Assembly (NCBI GenBank): GCA_943704425.1
Contig: CALSCP010000425.1
Span: 8,909 to 72,908, forward strand
DNA length: 64,000 bases
Direction: 5' to 3'
Source: Ministeria vibrans ATCC 50519
Lineage: Eukaryota; Protista; Filasterea
Below the pieces are notes generated by a model. That model was not told the DNA's origin, made no database searches, and saw only the letters and a program-made list of their open reading frames with translations. The stretch's first letter is position 1; every line of letters starts with the position of its first letter. Positions 22,624 through 36,300 of the stretch are shown here, piece by piece. The translations under genes were made by a program, and so were the position numbers.

Positions 22624-24096
22624 TCACTCGGGAGTGGTTGGGGAGGAAGTAAGATAGTCATCTTCCACATAGGCATCAACGGGATCCTGAATGACGCGCA
22701 TGGCATTGCGACGGCGCGCGGGTAGTTTGTAGTTGAAGGCGGTGACCATAGAGACAACGGCCCTGCGCTGGGCGGGTGTGTACGTGCGTCGCACATCGTC
22801 GCGAATGCGCTCAGCCAAGGGTGCCACCAGCGATTCGTCAAAGATATTCAAGCGCTGCAAAGCCGAGGCCAGACGTGCAATCTGAGCGGGGGTGAAGCGG
22901 CGTTGGGAGACAGGAAGGCGTTTGCGCAGCCGAGGACTCAGCTCGACGGAGAGCTCATTCATGAGATCGTAGTGGAAGAGGGAGGGACGCACTGCCTTGG
23001 GATCCTTCATTTGCTGCTCCGTGAGGGTGGCGAGACGCAACTCATGCTGACGCGCGTACATGTCGACAATGTCAATGAGCGCATCGTTCTTCAGCTTGGG
23101 AAAGTAGATCTGGTAGGCAGGCATGAGCGCGTCAAACAGCTCTTCGTGGTGTACGTCCGCGCGAGAATATGCCTTGCCCAGACTCACCAACATAGGCGGT
23201 TGCATCTCGCCCAGTCGCACAAAATCCTCCAAAAGATTGCCGGCACACACGCGGTACAACTCTTGGTTCTTGTAGCCGAGTTTGGCCGCCGAGGAGAGCT
23301 AGGGAAGCAGAAGAAGTTTTCAAAAAGGAAAAACACAAAAAAAAAAAGGTAGCATCTTGTTGAGATCTTTGCGTACCATCAATGTCATTGTCTCTTCTCT
23401 CATGTACGTGAGACAGGCGGCGTCGGTCTTGACAAAGGCCAAGAGGTCCTTGAGGATGGTCTTCCACGCTCTCTTGTTGGTCGTGCGTCTCTCGGTGTTG
23501 GTGTCGCTGGCGGCGTCCATGCGCGCGTACGCCTGCAGCACGGCGACGCACGGCAGCACAGCACGATCAAGGGTGTCGCGCGCACGGTGCATCTCGTCGA
23601 TGGTCGCACGCGCCGGCGGGGGCTTGGGCTCGCCCATCTCGTCGACGGTGGCCGACTCGGGGATGGCGCGCGGACGGAAGGGGAGCGCGAGCAGCTGCGT
23701 TTGCAGCAGAAACTTTGGCAGGATGGCATCGCGCACTCGCTTGCATCTGTGCGCCAGACGCACCGCCTTTCGCGCGAACACCTTGTCGAGGACGGCCTCC
23801 TTGGCGCCGGCGCGGATGAGCAGGGGCGTAACGTGGTGGATGCGATTGTCGACGACATTGAGAAAACGAGCGATGCGCTGCGGGTTTGGATCGAGCCGCA
23901 GCCAGCGCGCGCGCTTGTACATGGGCGTGTAATGGGAGTCCTTGCCCGCCGACGACGCCGGGGGGCGTTTGATGAGCGGTCGAGGCGGTAGGAGCGTCGG
24001 ATCGTTTTCGGGCGCTGCCGTCGAAATCATCGCGCGATGCAACGCCACGACTCTTCTCATGTGGCCCGTGCGGCACCTGAGGTGCGACTGTAACAT
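22624..24096 (-). CDS. Probable mitochondrial helical-repeat RNA-binding protein (FASTK/HPR/OPR-like), 2 exons
   Basis: Arg-rich, acid-free N-terminus. Repeats MQPPMLVSLGKAYSRADVHHEELFDAL and FTPAQIARLASALQRLNIFDESLVAPL. Short intron at about 23299-23348. Confidence 0.55.
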
Positions 24097-24216
24097 GACT
24101 AACTATAAAAGTGAAAATATCGTTTTGACTTTTCAGTTTTGGATTTTGGATCTATTTGAAACGTTTGGATTAATTTCAATTTGGATCACTCATCACTCTT
24201 TCATTAACAATTGTCC

Positions 24217-24539
24217 ATGGTCGAGACGGCTTCGCGTATCGTCGGTATGTGTGGTGCACGCATGGTGTTGCAGTTTACCTCTGCCTGTTTGCCTTTGACA
24301 TCTCTTGTGCGTTTCTCTTTCAGACTATTGGCACAGACAGCTCAACTTGGCAAAGACTCTAAATGCCGCTGAAAACATTGTTTGCCTTGTTGAACACGCC
24401 CACACGCCACGGGTACATCCACACACATGTATTAAGCCTTGTTTTAATCCCCTTGTTGTGTGAAAACAGGCAACAGGAAGCGACGCAGAACACATTGAAG
24501 GGCAACGCACTTACACCGCACTCTGTCGACGCACGCAAC
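24217..24539 (+). CDS. 5' fragment (3 exons) of a gene cut off at (CT)n, possibly an AMP-binding/acyl-CoA synthetase
   Basis: Spliced MVETASRIV|DYWHRQLNL...HTPR|ATGSDAEHIEGQRTYTALCRRTQ. TYxxLxRR resembles the adenylation-domain A1 motif. It ends at a phase-1 donor with no compatible next exon. Confidence 0.5.
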
Positions 24540-24564
24540 GTATCATACCCCACAATGCCTCACC

Positions 24565-24798
<234 letters not shown>

Positions 24799-24812
24799 TT
24801 CTTCTGGAATAG

Positions 24813-26422
24813 ACTCCCTCTCATTCCCTCTTTGGATCATTCTCCCATTTCTGCGCCTGATCTTATCGATCTCATTGACGTTTTTGTTAGAATGATCCAA
24901 GTAAGATAAAAAAAAATGTTTGTATCTTGCGATTCTCACTTCCTATCACTCAAACCCACGTTAAATAGCACACAATTTTAAACTAAATCTAACTATTTTC
25001 TCGAACAATCTTGCACACTCAAACTCAATGCATGATCTTACACAAAAATCTCTCACTATTACTAATAATTATTATATTGATTTTTATTATTATAGTCTGA
25101 ACAAGAACTGGTTGTGCGCCTTTTTCCGTCCTCGCATGTTACACCCACGCTCACCGACACACTCACGGGTCCCCTTGCACTGTTTCACTCGCGCACTCAG
25201 TCCATTCTCGACCGCTGGAAGAAATCCCTTCCGGAAAACATTGACTGCTTCTTTGAGCTCATTGACATTTACGAGGCCTATCGCTCCAATGACCTGACTC
25301 TCATCAACTCGCTCTCGTCCGCAAAAGTCCCCTTCGACACCGAAATGGCTCAGTTGGCCCTCAAAACACTCACTCAATATGACGAACTTATTCGCTCAGA
25401 CTCCACTCAGAAATCCAAACTCGCCCCAGACGGAACAGTCCACTCTCTTGCGCGCAACACAATGACATTCTTCCAACGTCTCGCAAACTGTTCGCGCAGC
25501 ACCATCAGCGCACTCCTTACTCAACAACAAATCACTCACCATAAGACGACCAAGCAACAACAGTCGGTCTCTCTCGTCTCAACGCAGTCTTCTTCTTCTT
25601 CTTCGTCTCACGATCAGACTGTCAGGGACTATCTCTCAAATCTACTCAACACTCTCGTCAAAAATCTTGAAGACAAAGCTAAATCGTACGATTTGGAGCC
25701 GCTCCGACTTATTTTTCTCGCCAACAATTTCCATTACATTCTCAAAACGGCTAAAAAGTCACAGGTAAGATTCGTATTAATAATAATTATAAAATTAATG
25801 CGCCTTTGAAATTCTGTTCAGTTTCTGGAGCTTTTAGAGCCCAATTTCATTGACACATTTGAGCAAAAGTTGTCCCAAACACTTCAAAATTACGCAGAAA
25901 GGTATTAAACTGGCGAGACATCTCTAAAAAAAAAACAAAAAAACAAGTATGAAACACTCTCACATACTGTCATGCCAATTCATATAGCACATGGAAAAAG
26001 GCACTGCGACACATTCGAGAAAGCGAAGTGAGTTCGAGTGGGAAGAGTGCAAAGACGGACAACAAACAGGCGATCAAAGACCGTTTTAAGGTAGTAATTG
26101 TTGTGAGTGTTTGTGTTTCGACTGAGAGGAATAAATAATCATAAGAAGAATACTAATAATAATGAAAACAATTTTTATGACTTAGGGTTTTAATGGTGAA
26201 CTGGAGGACGCAAAAAAAGCGCAACGAGTGTTTGCGATTCCAGATCGAGAGTTACTCGCACGAGTGCGCACACTCAATCGCACGACACTCAATGATTCGT
26301 ATTGTGCCTTTCTCGCGCGCTATCAGAATGTTCCGTTCACGAAGAACCTGAATAAGTATCTGAAGTACTCACCTGATATTGTGATGGAAATGTTGGATGG
26401 GTTTTTTGATGAGCGCGCGTGA
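24813..26422 (+). CDS. EXOC7: Exocyst subunit Exo70, 3' half (5 exons)
   Basis: PDGTVHSL, LEDKAKSY..LRLIFLANNFHYI, KQAIKDRFK|GFN, FAIPD and VPFTKNLNKYLKYSP..MLDGFFD are Exo70 C-terminal signatures. Confidence 0.92.
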
Positions 26423-26581
26423 GACTGAATGAGGGAAAACAGAGAGGGAGCCTGAAAGAGAAAGTATGATCTTTTTGTTTTTGTTTCTAATGTAAGCCAC
26501 TGTACGAATAAATGTGTGATACCAGCACAGTTCATCATCAACAAGAGGGCAATCTGAAATAAATAGAAAGTGTAGACCGTT

Positions 26582-29225
26582 TTACTTCTTTTCACGAGAA
26601 GAAGCAGAAGCAGAAGCAGAAGAAACAGGGACAGTTGATTGAGTGGCAGGTTTTCTTGCGCGACGAGCGGACCGCGACGTACGTGAGCCCGCGTGAGAAT
26701 CACTGGGGGGGGGAGAGGCTGACGGATTGGTTGTGGTCGTAGTGGTAGTAGAAGTAGAGGGAATGTTATCTCTTTGTGGGTGTCTGGGTCTTCCTTTTCC
26801 TCCTCCGCGCTGATGGTTGTCACGACGTTGTTGCGTGTTCTTGTGCTGATGATTCTGACGTTGTTGTGTCTGCACTGGCAATGGAACGCCTTCAACGTGG
26901 GTAAGATAATACTCGCGCGCCGCAATGAATGTCTGGCGGATGCGCGAAAATGACACCGCAGTGACTCCCTTTCCCAGATTGTGGGTCAGATCGAAAGGAT
27001 CTTCGATGGCAATTGTGAACCGATCCCACATTTTGTCGTCTTTAGTAAGACGATCGCCCTGGCGAATGCACACAACGTCATTGCGCCAATCAAACTCATC
27101 TACAACATTAGAGGAGAGAGAGGAGGGAGTAAGTCAGGCAGAAAAAGGTGTGCGTGTTAGACAAGAAAATGCAGTAGGATTAGGGTTGTAAATTGCAATA
27201 GAGTTGGCATTATAAATTGCGTTTGGGTGAGGGGTAGAGTAGGGGCTTTCTTTGAACAATCATTTGGGTGATAGATACATTCCTAAAACCAAAAAGAAAA
27301 ATAAAGTAGGCCCTTACAAGCGTAGTAGTGAAAGAAATCGATGAAGAGACGCCCAATAGAGTCGGTGTTGATGACGAGGGAGGGATGTGCGGCGCGCCAG
27401 AGACGCTCGAGAGTGGAGAGATCGGAGTGAAAGTATGTGTTGAAACCAGCAATGGAGACGATGGGAATGTCGGGAGAGTCTGAGAGCCGTTGAAGATAGG
27501 GAAGGACTGAGTTGCGTTGGAGGAAGTGGATGAGAAGAAGGAGATAGGCGTAGGAGGAGAGAGTCGACTGACTTGCGTCATTGATGTGTGTCTTCTTGAC
27601 GAGATGCTTGAGGAAGTACGCAAGAGGTCTCACGCGGGGATCGACGAGGGAGTAGGTACGCATGAGCTCAGTGTTACGCAGGGCCAAACCGTTGCTGCAG
27701 CTTATATCGCCCTCGAGATGTGTGCGAGGATCTTGAAAGCGCAGGATGGGCACTTTGGCGTGCAGGATGGGTTGGATGTGGGTGAATTCACGGCGGAAGA
27801 ATGGAAGGATACGACGGAGAAAACGAGACTGCTCGCTCTTGTCACTGGGCACTGCGGGTCCTGTGACGGCCATGTCGAGGTCACTGGTAGACACACCAAA
27901 GTTGTTTCGGGAGGAGCCAAAGGTGGACACGCACAGCTGGAAATGGAGGGTGAGTCAGTGCGGGTACGTATGATTGTCCTTTTGTGGGTGTGAGAGAGTA
28001 AGGTTTTCAAGCAGAATGAGTGACAGAGTAAGAACATTATACGAGAGTGAGTGACAAGAGTAAGATTTTCAAGCAGAATGAGTGACAGAGTAAGAACATT
28101 ATACGAGGGTGAGTGACAAGAGCACGATTCAAATTAATTATGATTAAAAAAAAAACAATCCGTTTTCGTACCGTGTTGTCACGAAACTGAGAGCGAATGA
28201 TTCGCTCGATGTAAGAGCGCAACTGATCGCGAGGATCATTCAATTCCGGCGTGTACGCTGAGTGGTGGAGGAACAGAGTCATGGCAGCAGTGAGACACTG
28301 TAAATGAGTCTCGGTGGGTTGGGTAAGTGGAATAGTCTCCGTCTCTGTTTCTGTTGCTGTTGTTGTAGATGATGACGCTGCTGCTGCTGCTGCTGCTGCT
28401 GCTGCACTTTCTGCGGTCCCTCCAACTTTAACTGGTCGCGGGAAGCAACGGAGGCAGGGTCCCTTTGCGGTGACTCCATTGATGCACACATGAAGCTACG
28501 ACGAAAAACATCAACTTCCCTTTCTTCGCTCATCCCTCTTCTTCTTCGTACACGTCGAACAGTGTGGATCTTGCGGGCAGTAAGATCCATGGCGCGCGAT
28601 GGGTCGTCGAGGACCGCATGGACAAGAATGCAGTTGGTGATGTTGCGTCGTGCCACACTGGTCGTTGGCACTGCGCCGTTCTCCACAAAGTACGCGCGTG
28701 CTGCGCCCACCATGTCGCCCTCACGGTCTTGGCCTATCCGCCCTGGGGGAGTGTGCACCTTGTAGATGACCGCGTTCGCCTGGGGCTCGTCGAAGAGCCG
28801 TGGGAGCGGCGGGAGAGCTGGGAGCTGTCGCGCCAGAACATCATCAAGTTCGTCCTCGGACGACATCGCCTCTGCTGCCTGCGCATGACCCTCGCCGCCC
28901 CCGCCCCCGCCATCGTCCATTGGTCTGTGGTCGCTGCCAGTGCGATCCTCGTCGCCTTCGTCTTCATCGCGCTCTCTGTCGCACTTTCCATCCAGATCGC
29001 CCACATCGTCAGCCGCCGCCGACTCGTCCGCGTGATGTGCATCAGAGTCCATCGCAACACACTCTTCATTGATCAGCGAGTCCGCTGCCGCTGTGTACGC
29101 TGTGTTTTTGGCGTATGAGATTTCGGAGTTGAAACAATCACACAAAAAAAAAAAGAAGAAGAAGAAGAAGACAAGTAGAAAAAGAACGGACAAGCCTTAC
29201 CGACGTCACTCTCGGCGTCAGACAT
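26582..29225 (-). CDS. Terminal uridylyltransferase, TUT4/TUT7/Cid1-like, multi-exon
   Basis: FGSS..DLD nucleotidyltransferase motif, AKVPILRF, third Asp in GDISC, LSSYAY and a PAP-associated motif IAIEDPFDLTHNLG containing the UTP-selecting His. Confidence 0.85.
27995..28121. repeat. Intronic tandem duplication, about 62 bp x 2
   Basis: AGAGTAAG(G/A)TTTTCAAGCAGAATGAGTGACAGAGTAAGAACATTATACGAG.. occurs twice. Confidence 0.85.
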
Positions 29226-30384
29226 AGTGATATATTAAATGAAGCGAAAAAAAATTGAAATAACACAAGTCACAAAATCAATTAGAACTGCAAACCATTT
29301 GTGTTAATAATTATGTCAATTAGGGACTCTTGCAAGATGATTGATCAATATTTGACAATCTCCCAAGTTCAAAATTTAATATTATTCTTCTGCGTTGATT
29401 TGAAACCTCAACAGTAAGATCAGCCCGCACGCACCCCTCCAACCCTCTCCTATCGCCCATCTCCTCCTCAAACAAACAAGACCTCGTTTTTTTTTTCGCT
29501 TGCGTCACTCTCAACTTCTGCCCCTGAACAAAACTTTTCACACGCGCCCACAACCGCCCTTCTGTTCACGCCGATCTACCCCCCACCCCCCACTACTCCA
29601 CCAGTACCTTCGCTTTCAACGAAATACACAGCCGATTCGACGTTGAGCGTTTTTTTTTCGCGACTTTTCGCTTTTTTTTTTTTGCTTCGATGTTTTCGCT
29701 CGTGCACACTTCCAATCGCTTCTTCCTTCGTACGGCAGCACCACTCTGCTTGCTTGTGTGCTCTTTTACCGTCCCCCTTGCAACGCGCGACTCTCCACGT
29801 CGACTCATATGTCTCGTTGCTAAGGCACAAAAAAAAGCGCTCGTGCTCTAACAAAATATACCGCCGCTTCAATTCGCGCCACTTCTTCAGCACTATCGTT
29901 ACAGATCACCCAATAAATCTGCTAGCAGCAAAACAATTGCCTCTCCCTGCGTCAGTATACCGCAACCACGTGGGTGTGATTTTTTTCTGGCAAATCCCCG
30001 ACTCACCTCAAATTTTGTCGCACCTTCTTCTCTCCTCCATTGCATGCCAAATGTACTGCGCATCATGAACGTCTCAAGGATCATTCAATGAGCTGGGTTT
30101 TTTTTCGCCTCCATAGTTGGATCTTTGGACGTTTTTTTTTGCCGTTGACGTGACATTGATTGAACCAACAAAAAAAAAAAAAAAAAAAAAAAGAGAATTG
30201 ATTATGGTTCTGCCTTCCCGTCGATCCATCGCCAACGCTACTGCACCGCATCTGTTTTATATGGCTTTGCTTCTCCTCCATCCTGAACATGTGTGCCGTT
30301 CTTTTTTTTTCCTTTTTTACGTATTGTTTACTCGTTAAATTCTAATCCTTCTCTGTCTCTATCTCTCTCTTCACTCTCCCAGAC

Positions 30385-33300
30385 ATGAAGGTTGCACTGG
30401 CGGTTGTTGCTGCCGTCCTGTTCGCTTCGGCGACAAATGCGACGTTTCTCTCGGGCCACGTGTGGTACGAGGTGGACCACGCCTCCGCCTCTGCCTGTCG
30501 CGAGGACGAGAAGCGCGTTCTCCTGCACACCCAGTCTGTTCATCGATCCGAGACGGACTGCCCTACCCAGGCCATCTTTGGCGATCTGAGCATTGCCGGT
30601 AAAACAGACCCAAAATATAATTAAATTATTATTATTATAATTATATACGATCGACTAATCTTATTATTATTATTGTTATTATTCTTTTAGCTATTCCTAC
30701 GATTAGCGTCGCCTCCACCAACGGAACCACTGCTTGCGTCGGTGCCCATTCCATTTGTGTCTCGACCAAGCACAGCTACCAGCTGCACGCCAGCGGCTGC
30801 TGCCGTGGCGAGGGCCTCGCCAACGTGGCCGCCGGCTCGTCTTGGCAAGTGCCCTTCACTGTCGATGTCCGCGACAACGAGTTCTCCGCCTACGTCGCCG
30901 CATCGCACGCCATCGAGGTTGTGCGCTCGTCCACTTCGGACATTAGCCACTTCCGTGTGCCCTTTGTCGTTGACCAGGAGCGCGCCACGGCAACCGTCGT
31001 CTGCGCCAAGGACCGTGCTGGCCATTGCCTCGACGCCACCATGAACATTGCCTCCAAGATTGAGCATGTTGGTTCGGGTCTCTTCGCCTGGAACACCGCC
31101 GGCCTCAAGGAGGACACCCGCTACGCCGTCGCCATTCAACTCGGCCGTCTTGCCGTCTTTGACACCGTCCTTCACCTGCGCACCGCCTCGCTCGAGACTC
31201 CCTTCCTTGTCACCCCCGCCGACCACATGTCGCGTGTCAACTCTTGTATCGAGTCGAATGAGCCCGTCCACATTGATGTCGCCGGTCGCACCTTCTCCAA
31301 GAAGTCAAGCGTCGACGTCAAGCTTGTCTCGCAGCTGCCCGCTGGCGCCACTTTTGACGGTGCTCGCCTCAGCTTCAGCCCCGTCGCTCGCAACACCTTT
31401 GTGGCCGTGCAGTCCATCGAGAAGAACTCGGCTGTGTCGGGTCCCATCCATATTGTTCATGTGCGCCGCGCCGCTCCCGTTGCCGACGACATGGCCCCGG
31501 CCGCGTCGGACGCTGAGCTCTCGCGTCACGCTCGCTCCACCTTCACCGTGAAGCTCTCCGAGACTGCTCCCTCCACCGATCTCGCCGAGGGTGACTCATA
31601 CAACGTCCAGGCCAGCACCGACCCTGTCAGCGAGTACGACTCACTCCAGTCGTTCACCTACCAGGTTGCCAACCTTGACGACACCAACTGGCTCGACGTC
31701 AGCGCAACCAACCTCATCTCAGAGGGTCTCGTCAACATCCAGGACATCCCCTTCCTTCGTGTCAACGCCCTCACTATCGGTAACATTGTTTCCTCCTACC
31801 GTCGCATCAAGTTCCGCGTGCGCGCCGTGGGCTCCGACAGCACCGAGGTGTTCTCGCGCGAGATCATCTTTGACTTTGACGCCGGCGAGTACATTCTCCT
31901 GCAAAACACCGAAATCGAGAACTTGGCCTTTGGCAAGCAGGTCTTCAACTACTGGTCGTACCCCAGCGAGGGTAACTTCCAGGATCAGGCCGTCTCTATG
32001 TTCCGCGTCGTCTCCACCGAGCCCGAGCGCCGTGACTACCTCGCCGGCCTCATCAGTGACGCCTCCTCTACTCAGATTCAACTCGATGCCCTCGACGTTG
32101 CCGGCGTCGACACCTACTGGACCGTCAACAACCAGTACGTTCGCATCACCTTTGCCACCTCGCTTATCTTCAACGCGGCTACCTTTGAGTCCCAAATCCT
32201 CGCCATTGTCAAGAGCGCCCTCCTCGCCCACGGTGGCCTCTCCAACGTGGCCGTCAAAATCATCTCGACCACCATCACTGGTCAGCAGAACCCCCAGAAT
32301 GTTATCGTGACCGCTCGCGATGTCATCTCGGGCGCTATTGTCGACTCAAGCGTCATCATCTCGTCGCTTTCTTCGGCCGGCGCGGCTTCCGGTACCTGCG
32401 GTGTCTTCTCGTCTATGACCGACTCGTCCAACTTCTGTCCCATGACCAGCACCCCCGTCAACCCGGGCTTCACTACCATCCAGGCATCCATCAAGGCTTT
32501 CCTCACCCACGACGTCACGACGTCGACCGTCAAGTATCTCGGTGGTGGCCGCATCGCCACCAGCGACGAGAGCGCCCTCTGGAACATTAAACAGACTACC
32601 GTCGCCGACCCGGCCACCGAGGACCTGCCCTTCGTCGCCTCGGACCGTGTCAAGATCTGCATGCAGTCCAACTCAACTCGCTGCCTCAAAGCTTTCTTCA
32701 ACACCGCTACCAGTACGTGGTCATTCTCCATTGCCAACGACGCCGATGCGACGGTCTTTGCCCACTCGACGAACCGCGAGTTCTGGCTCACCGATGCCAA
32801 CCTCAACGTTGCTGGTTCCGCCTCGGATCTTAACGAGTGGGCGTCGCTCCGCTGCGGCCCCACTAACGCCGCGCAGAACGCCGAGAACGTTCTCGAGTGC
32901 ACCAACCTCGATCTGCGCCCCACCTACCGCCGTCTGGAACTCGATCTTCTCGGTGAGTTCGGCATTTCGACGCTCACCGTGCGTCTCGGTAACTACCCTC
33001 TTCCCGTCCCGTCCGGCACCGGTCCCTTCCAGAACCCGCTGGCGTCGTTTTTGCCCAACCGTCAGGCCGATTCGTCGCCCTACATTTCCCGCCTCGAACT
33101 CTGGGTGCGCAACAACGAGAGTGAGCCGTGGATCGATCTGACCGGCTCCGAGAACCAGTACGACGCCAACGGCGGCGCCGTTTTTACCAAGGGTACCACC
33201 TGCGTGAGCGCTTTCAACCGCGAAGCATGCGATATTGAGTTCCTCGTCGAGGGCTTTACCCGTGAGGTCCTTGACAAGCGTGCCAACTTTGGCTGGCGCT

Positions 33301-36300
33301 ACATCTCCGTCCGCTTTGCCCAGATGAACTCCTTTGGTGATGTCCGCAACCGTTACTACTCGGTACGCGAGCTCCGCGTTACCGGCTACTGCATCTGCAA
33401 CGGCCACTCGCGCACCTGTGACACCAACACCGGCTTCTGCTTCGTCGAGGACAGCGGCAACAAGGATATTGTCCAGGACTGCGGTCACTTCACCACGGGT
33501 ACCTCGTGCCAGTTCTGCCAGCCCGGCTACCGCGCTGAAATCCAAAACGACGCTCCCACGTCGTCTTTCAACTGCGACAGCGAGGATTTGGATCACCAGT
33601 GCGATGGTCCTCTTCTGCCCGAGATCACCCCCGTCGAAATTGAGGCTGGCTCCTACACCTACAACGGCCAGTCGGGCGCCATTGGCGCCACCCGCCCCGA
33701 CCAATTCCAGGTCTTCTTCCCCCCCACGGGTCCCTGCGTTCCCTGCGCTTGCAACACCCACTCCATCTTTGACCTGTGCACAGACTCAGACAAGCGTAAC
33801 TGCCCCGAGGGCTGTGCTTTCGACACGGGCGAGTGCAACTGCGACACCTCGACCAACACCGAGGGCTTCAGCTGCGAGACGTGCATTGACGGTTTCTGCC
33901 GTGCCTCGTGCAACGCCACCGAGGGCCACCTTGCCTACGAGGTGTGCCGCGAGGAGGTGTGCACCGCCTGTGACTGCAACTTGCACGCCGTCGTGAAGAC
34001 GAGCAGCGGTGCCGACACGTGCGACAAGGACTTCTGCGGCTGCCACTGCAAGGCCGACGACCACGCCGTCGGTCCCCACTGCGAGTTCTGCGAGAATGGC
34101 TACTGGAGCAACAAGGGTAACTCCGAAGATGGCACCAACTGCCAGCAGTGCATGTGCAACGGCCACAAGAAGTACACCAACACGGACAATGTCGACGAGT
34201 GCAACGCCACCGGCGGTCACTGCATGTTTGACTACAACGGCAACACGCAGGAGTGCGATGGCAACACCATGGGTGCCAACTGCGAGCTGTGCAAGCCCGG
34301 CTACTTCCGTCCCGTCGACAGCAACGGCAACGTTGACCTTACTGACGACTGCTCGCCGTGCGCGTGCAACCAGCACGGCCTTGCCACCACCTATCCGTCG
34401 CACGGCTGGACCGTTGGCACCACCGCCGTGTGTAACCCTGATGGCGGTATCTGCAACTGCGACCCCAGTGACCACGTCATGGGCGACAACTGCGAGGCGT
34501 GCCAGGTTGGCTACTGGAACAACGAGGCGGGCGGTGCCCGCAACGGTGCCGTCTGCCTGGTGTGCCAGTGCTACGGCCACAAGTCGTACGCATTTAACGA
34601 GTGCGCCGTGCTCGGTGGCAGCTGCGAATTGGACTACGACGGCAACGCGCAGCCGTGCAACGATCACACCGACGGTCAGAACTGCGGTGGCTGCGACGCT
34701 GGCTACTACCGTCCCTTCGTCGGCGGCGGCACCATTGATCGCGCGCAAAACTGCACAGAGTGCAACTGCAATGGCCACGCCACATCGACCGTCACCACCG
34801 GCGAGGAATTCTGCACCGCCGACGGCGGTGAGTGTGCTTGCACTGGCACATCCAACTCGGAAGGTTTCAACTGCGAGTCGTGCAAGGCAAACACCTGGAG
34901 CACCCAGGGAGATGCCCAGAACGGCGTTGATTGCGCCCCGTGCGCCTGCTACGGCCACTCGTCAACCTGCAACAACTTTGGTGTGTGCTCGGGCTGTGCC
35001 GACAACACCGAGAACGGCGGTGATGGCCGCTGCGAGAAGTGCATTGCCTCGAACTACCGCCAGAACCACGATCTCTACACGAACGCCGACCCTGATGCCG
35101 CCACCCCGGATGCCGCCCAGGTCGAGGCCATCAAGTTTGAGGACTGCTCGCCCTGCCAGTGCAACGGTCACTCCAAGGCTGACCCGAACACGGACGACGG
35201 TATCTGCGACCCTTTCACTGCCGTGTGCCACCAGTGCGGTGATTGGACTGCCAACGGCCCGCTCGGCCAGTGCGAAGTGTGCCAGTCCAACTACTTCCGT
35301 CACATGACCGGTGTCTACGACGCCTCGGCCGACACGTGCCGCGCCTGCGATCTCGCCGACGGTACCAACTGCCAGCTGGACACGGTTACGAGCTCGTGCC
35401 GCCCCTGCGAGCAGCAGTGCTTCGGCACCGGCAACAACGAGTGCACCATGGATACCGGTGTGTGCACCAACTGTCCGGCCAACACACACGGCAGCCGTTG
35501 CGAACTGTGCGACGCTGGCTTCTACGGCAGCCCCGCCAACGGTATCCCTTGTGTGCCCTGCAAGTGTAACCACTATGTCGACGCCGGTACCGGCACTGTG
35601 CCCAACGCCTACAACTCGTTTGAGGCCAACTTCCCTAATGCCATTGATGCGTACCTTAAGTGCGCTTTTGACAACGGCATTGCCCAGCCCACTCGCTGCA
35701 TCCTCGACGAGTCCCTCCTGAACCCCACCACCATTGCCCAGCTCCAGGGCTCCGCCGACCACAGCGCCTTTATCCGCTGCAACTGCCCGCGCCACGACCC
35801 GACCAGCATGCAGGGCTACTCGGGCATTGCCTACGACGAGTCAGACCGCCAATGCGCCGCCTGCAACAACATGGCCTACTTTGGCCGCCCGGCCGTGTGC
35901 AGCGACGACTCCGGCAACGACGCGCTCATCGCCGATGGCTCGTCAGCTGTTGGCTGCGAGGGCAACGACTTCTACCCGTGCATTGCCTGCGTGTGCAACA
36001 ACAACATTGACCCCACGTCGAGCCAGAACAACTGTGCCGCCAAGCAGGACTCGGGTGCGCTCACCTGCACCAACTGCCTTGGCCACACGACCGGCATGGA
36101 GTGCGACGTGTGCGAGGACGGCTACTACGGCATGCCCACGAACCAGGCGGTCAGCGGCTCGCTCAACGGCAACACCTTCACCGGCTTTGTCCTTGACAGC
36201 AACGGCGACTCGCTCAAGTGCTGGAAGTGCGACTGCAATGGCCGCGCCACCGACCGCCTGACGGGTGTCAGCGACATTGCCGGTGACATGTGCACCACCA

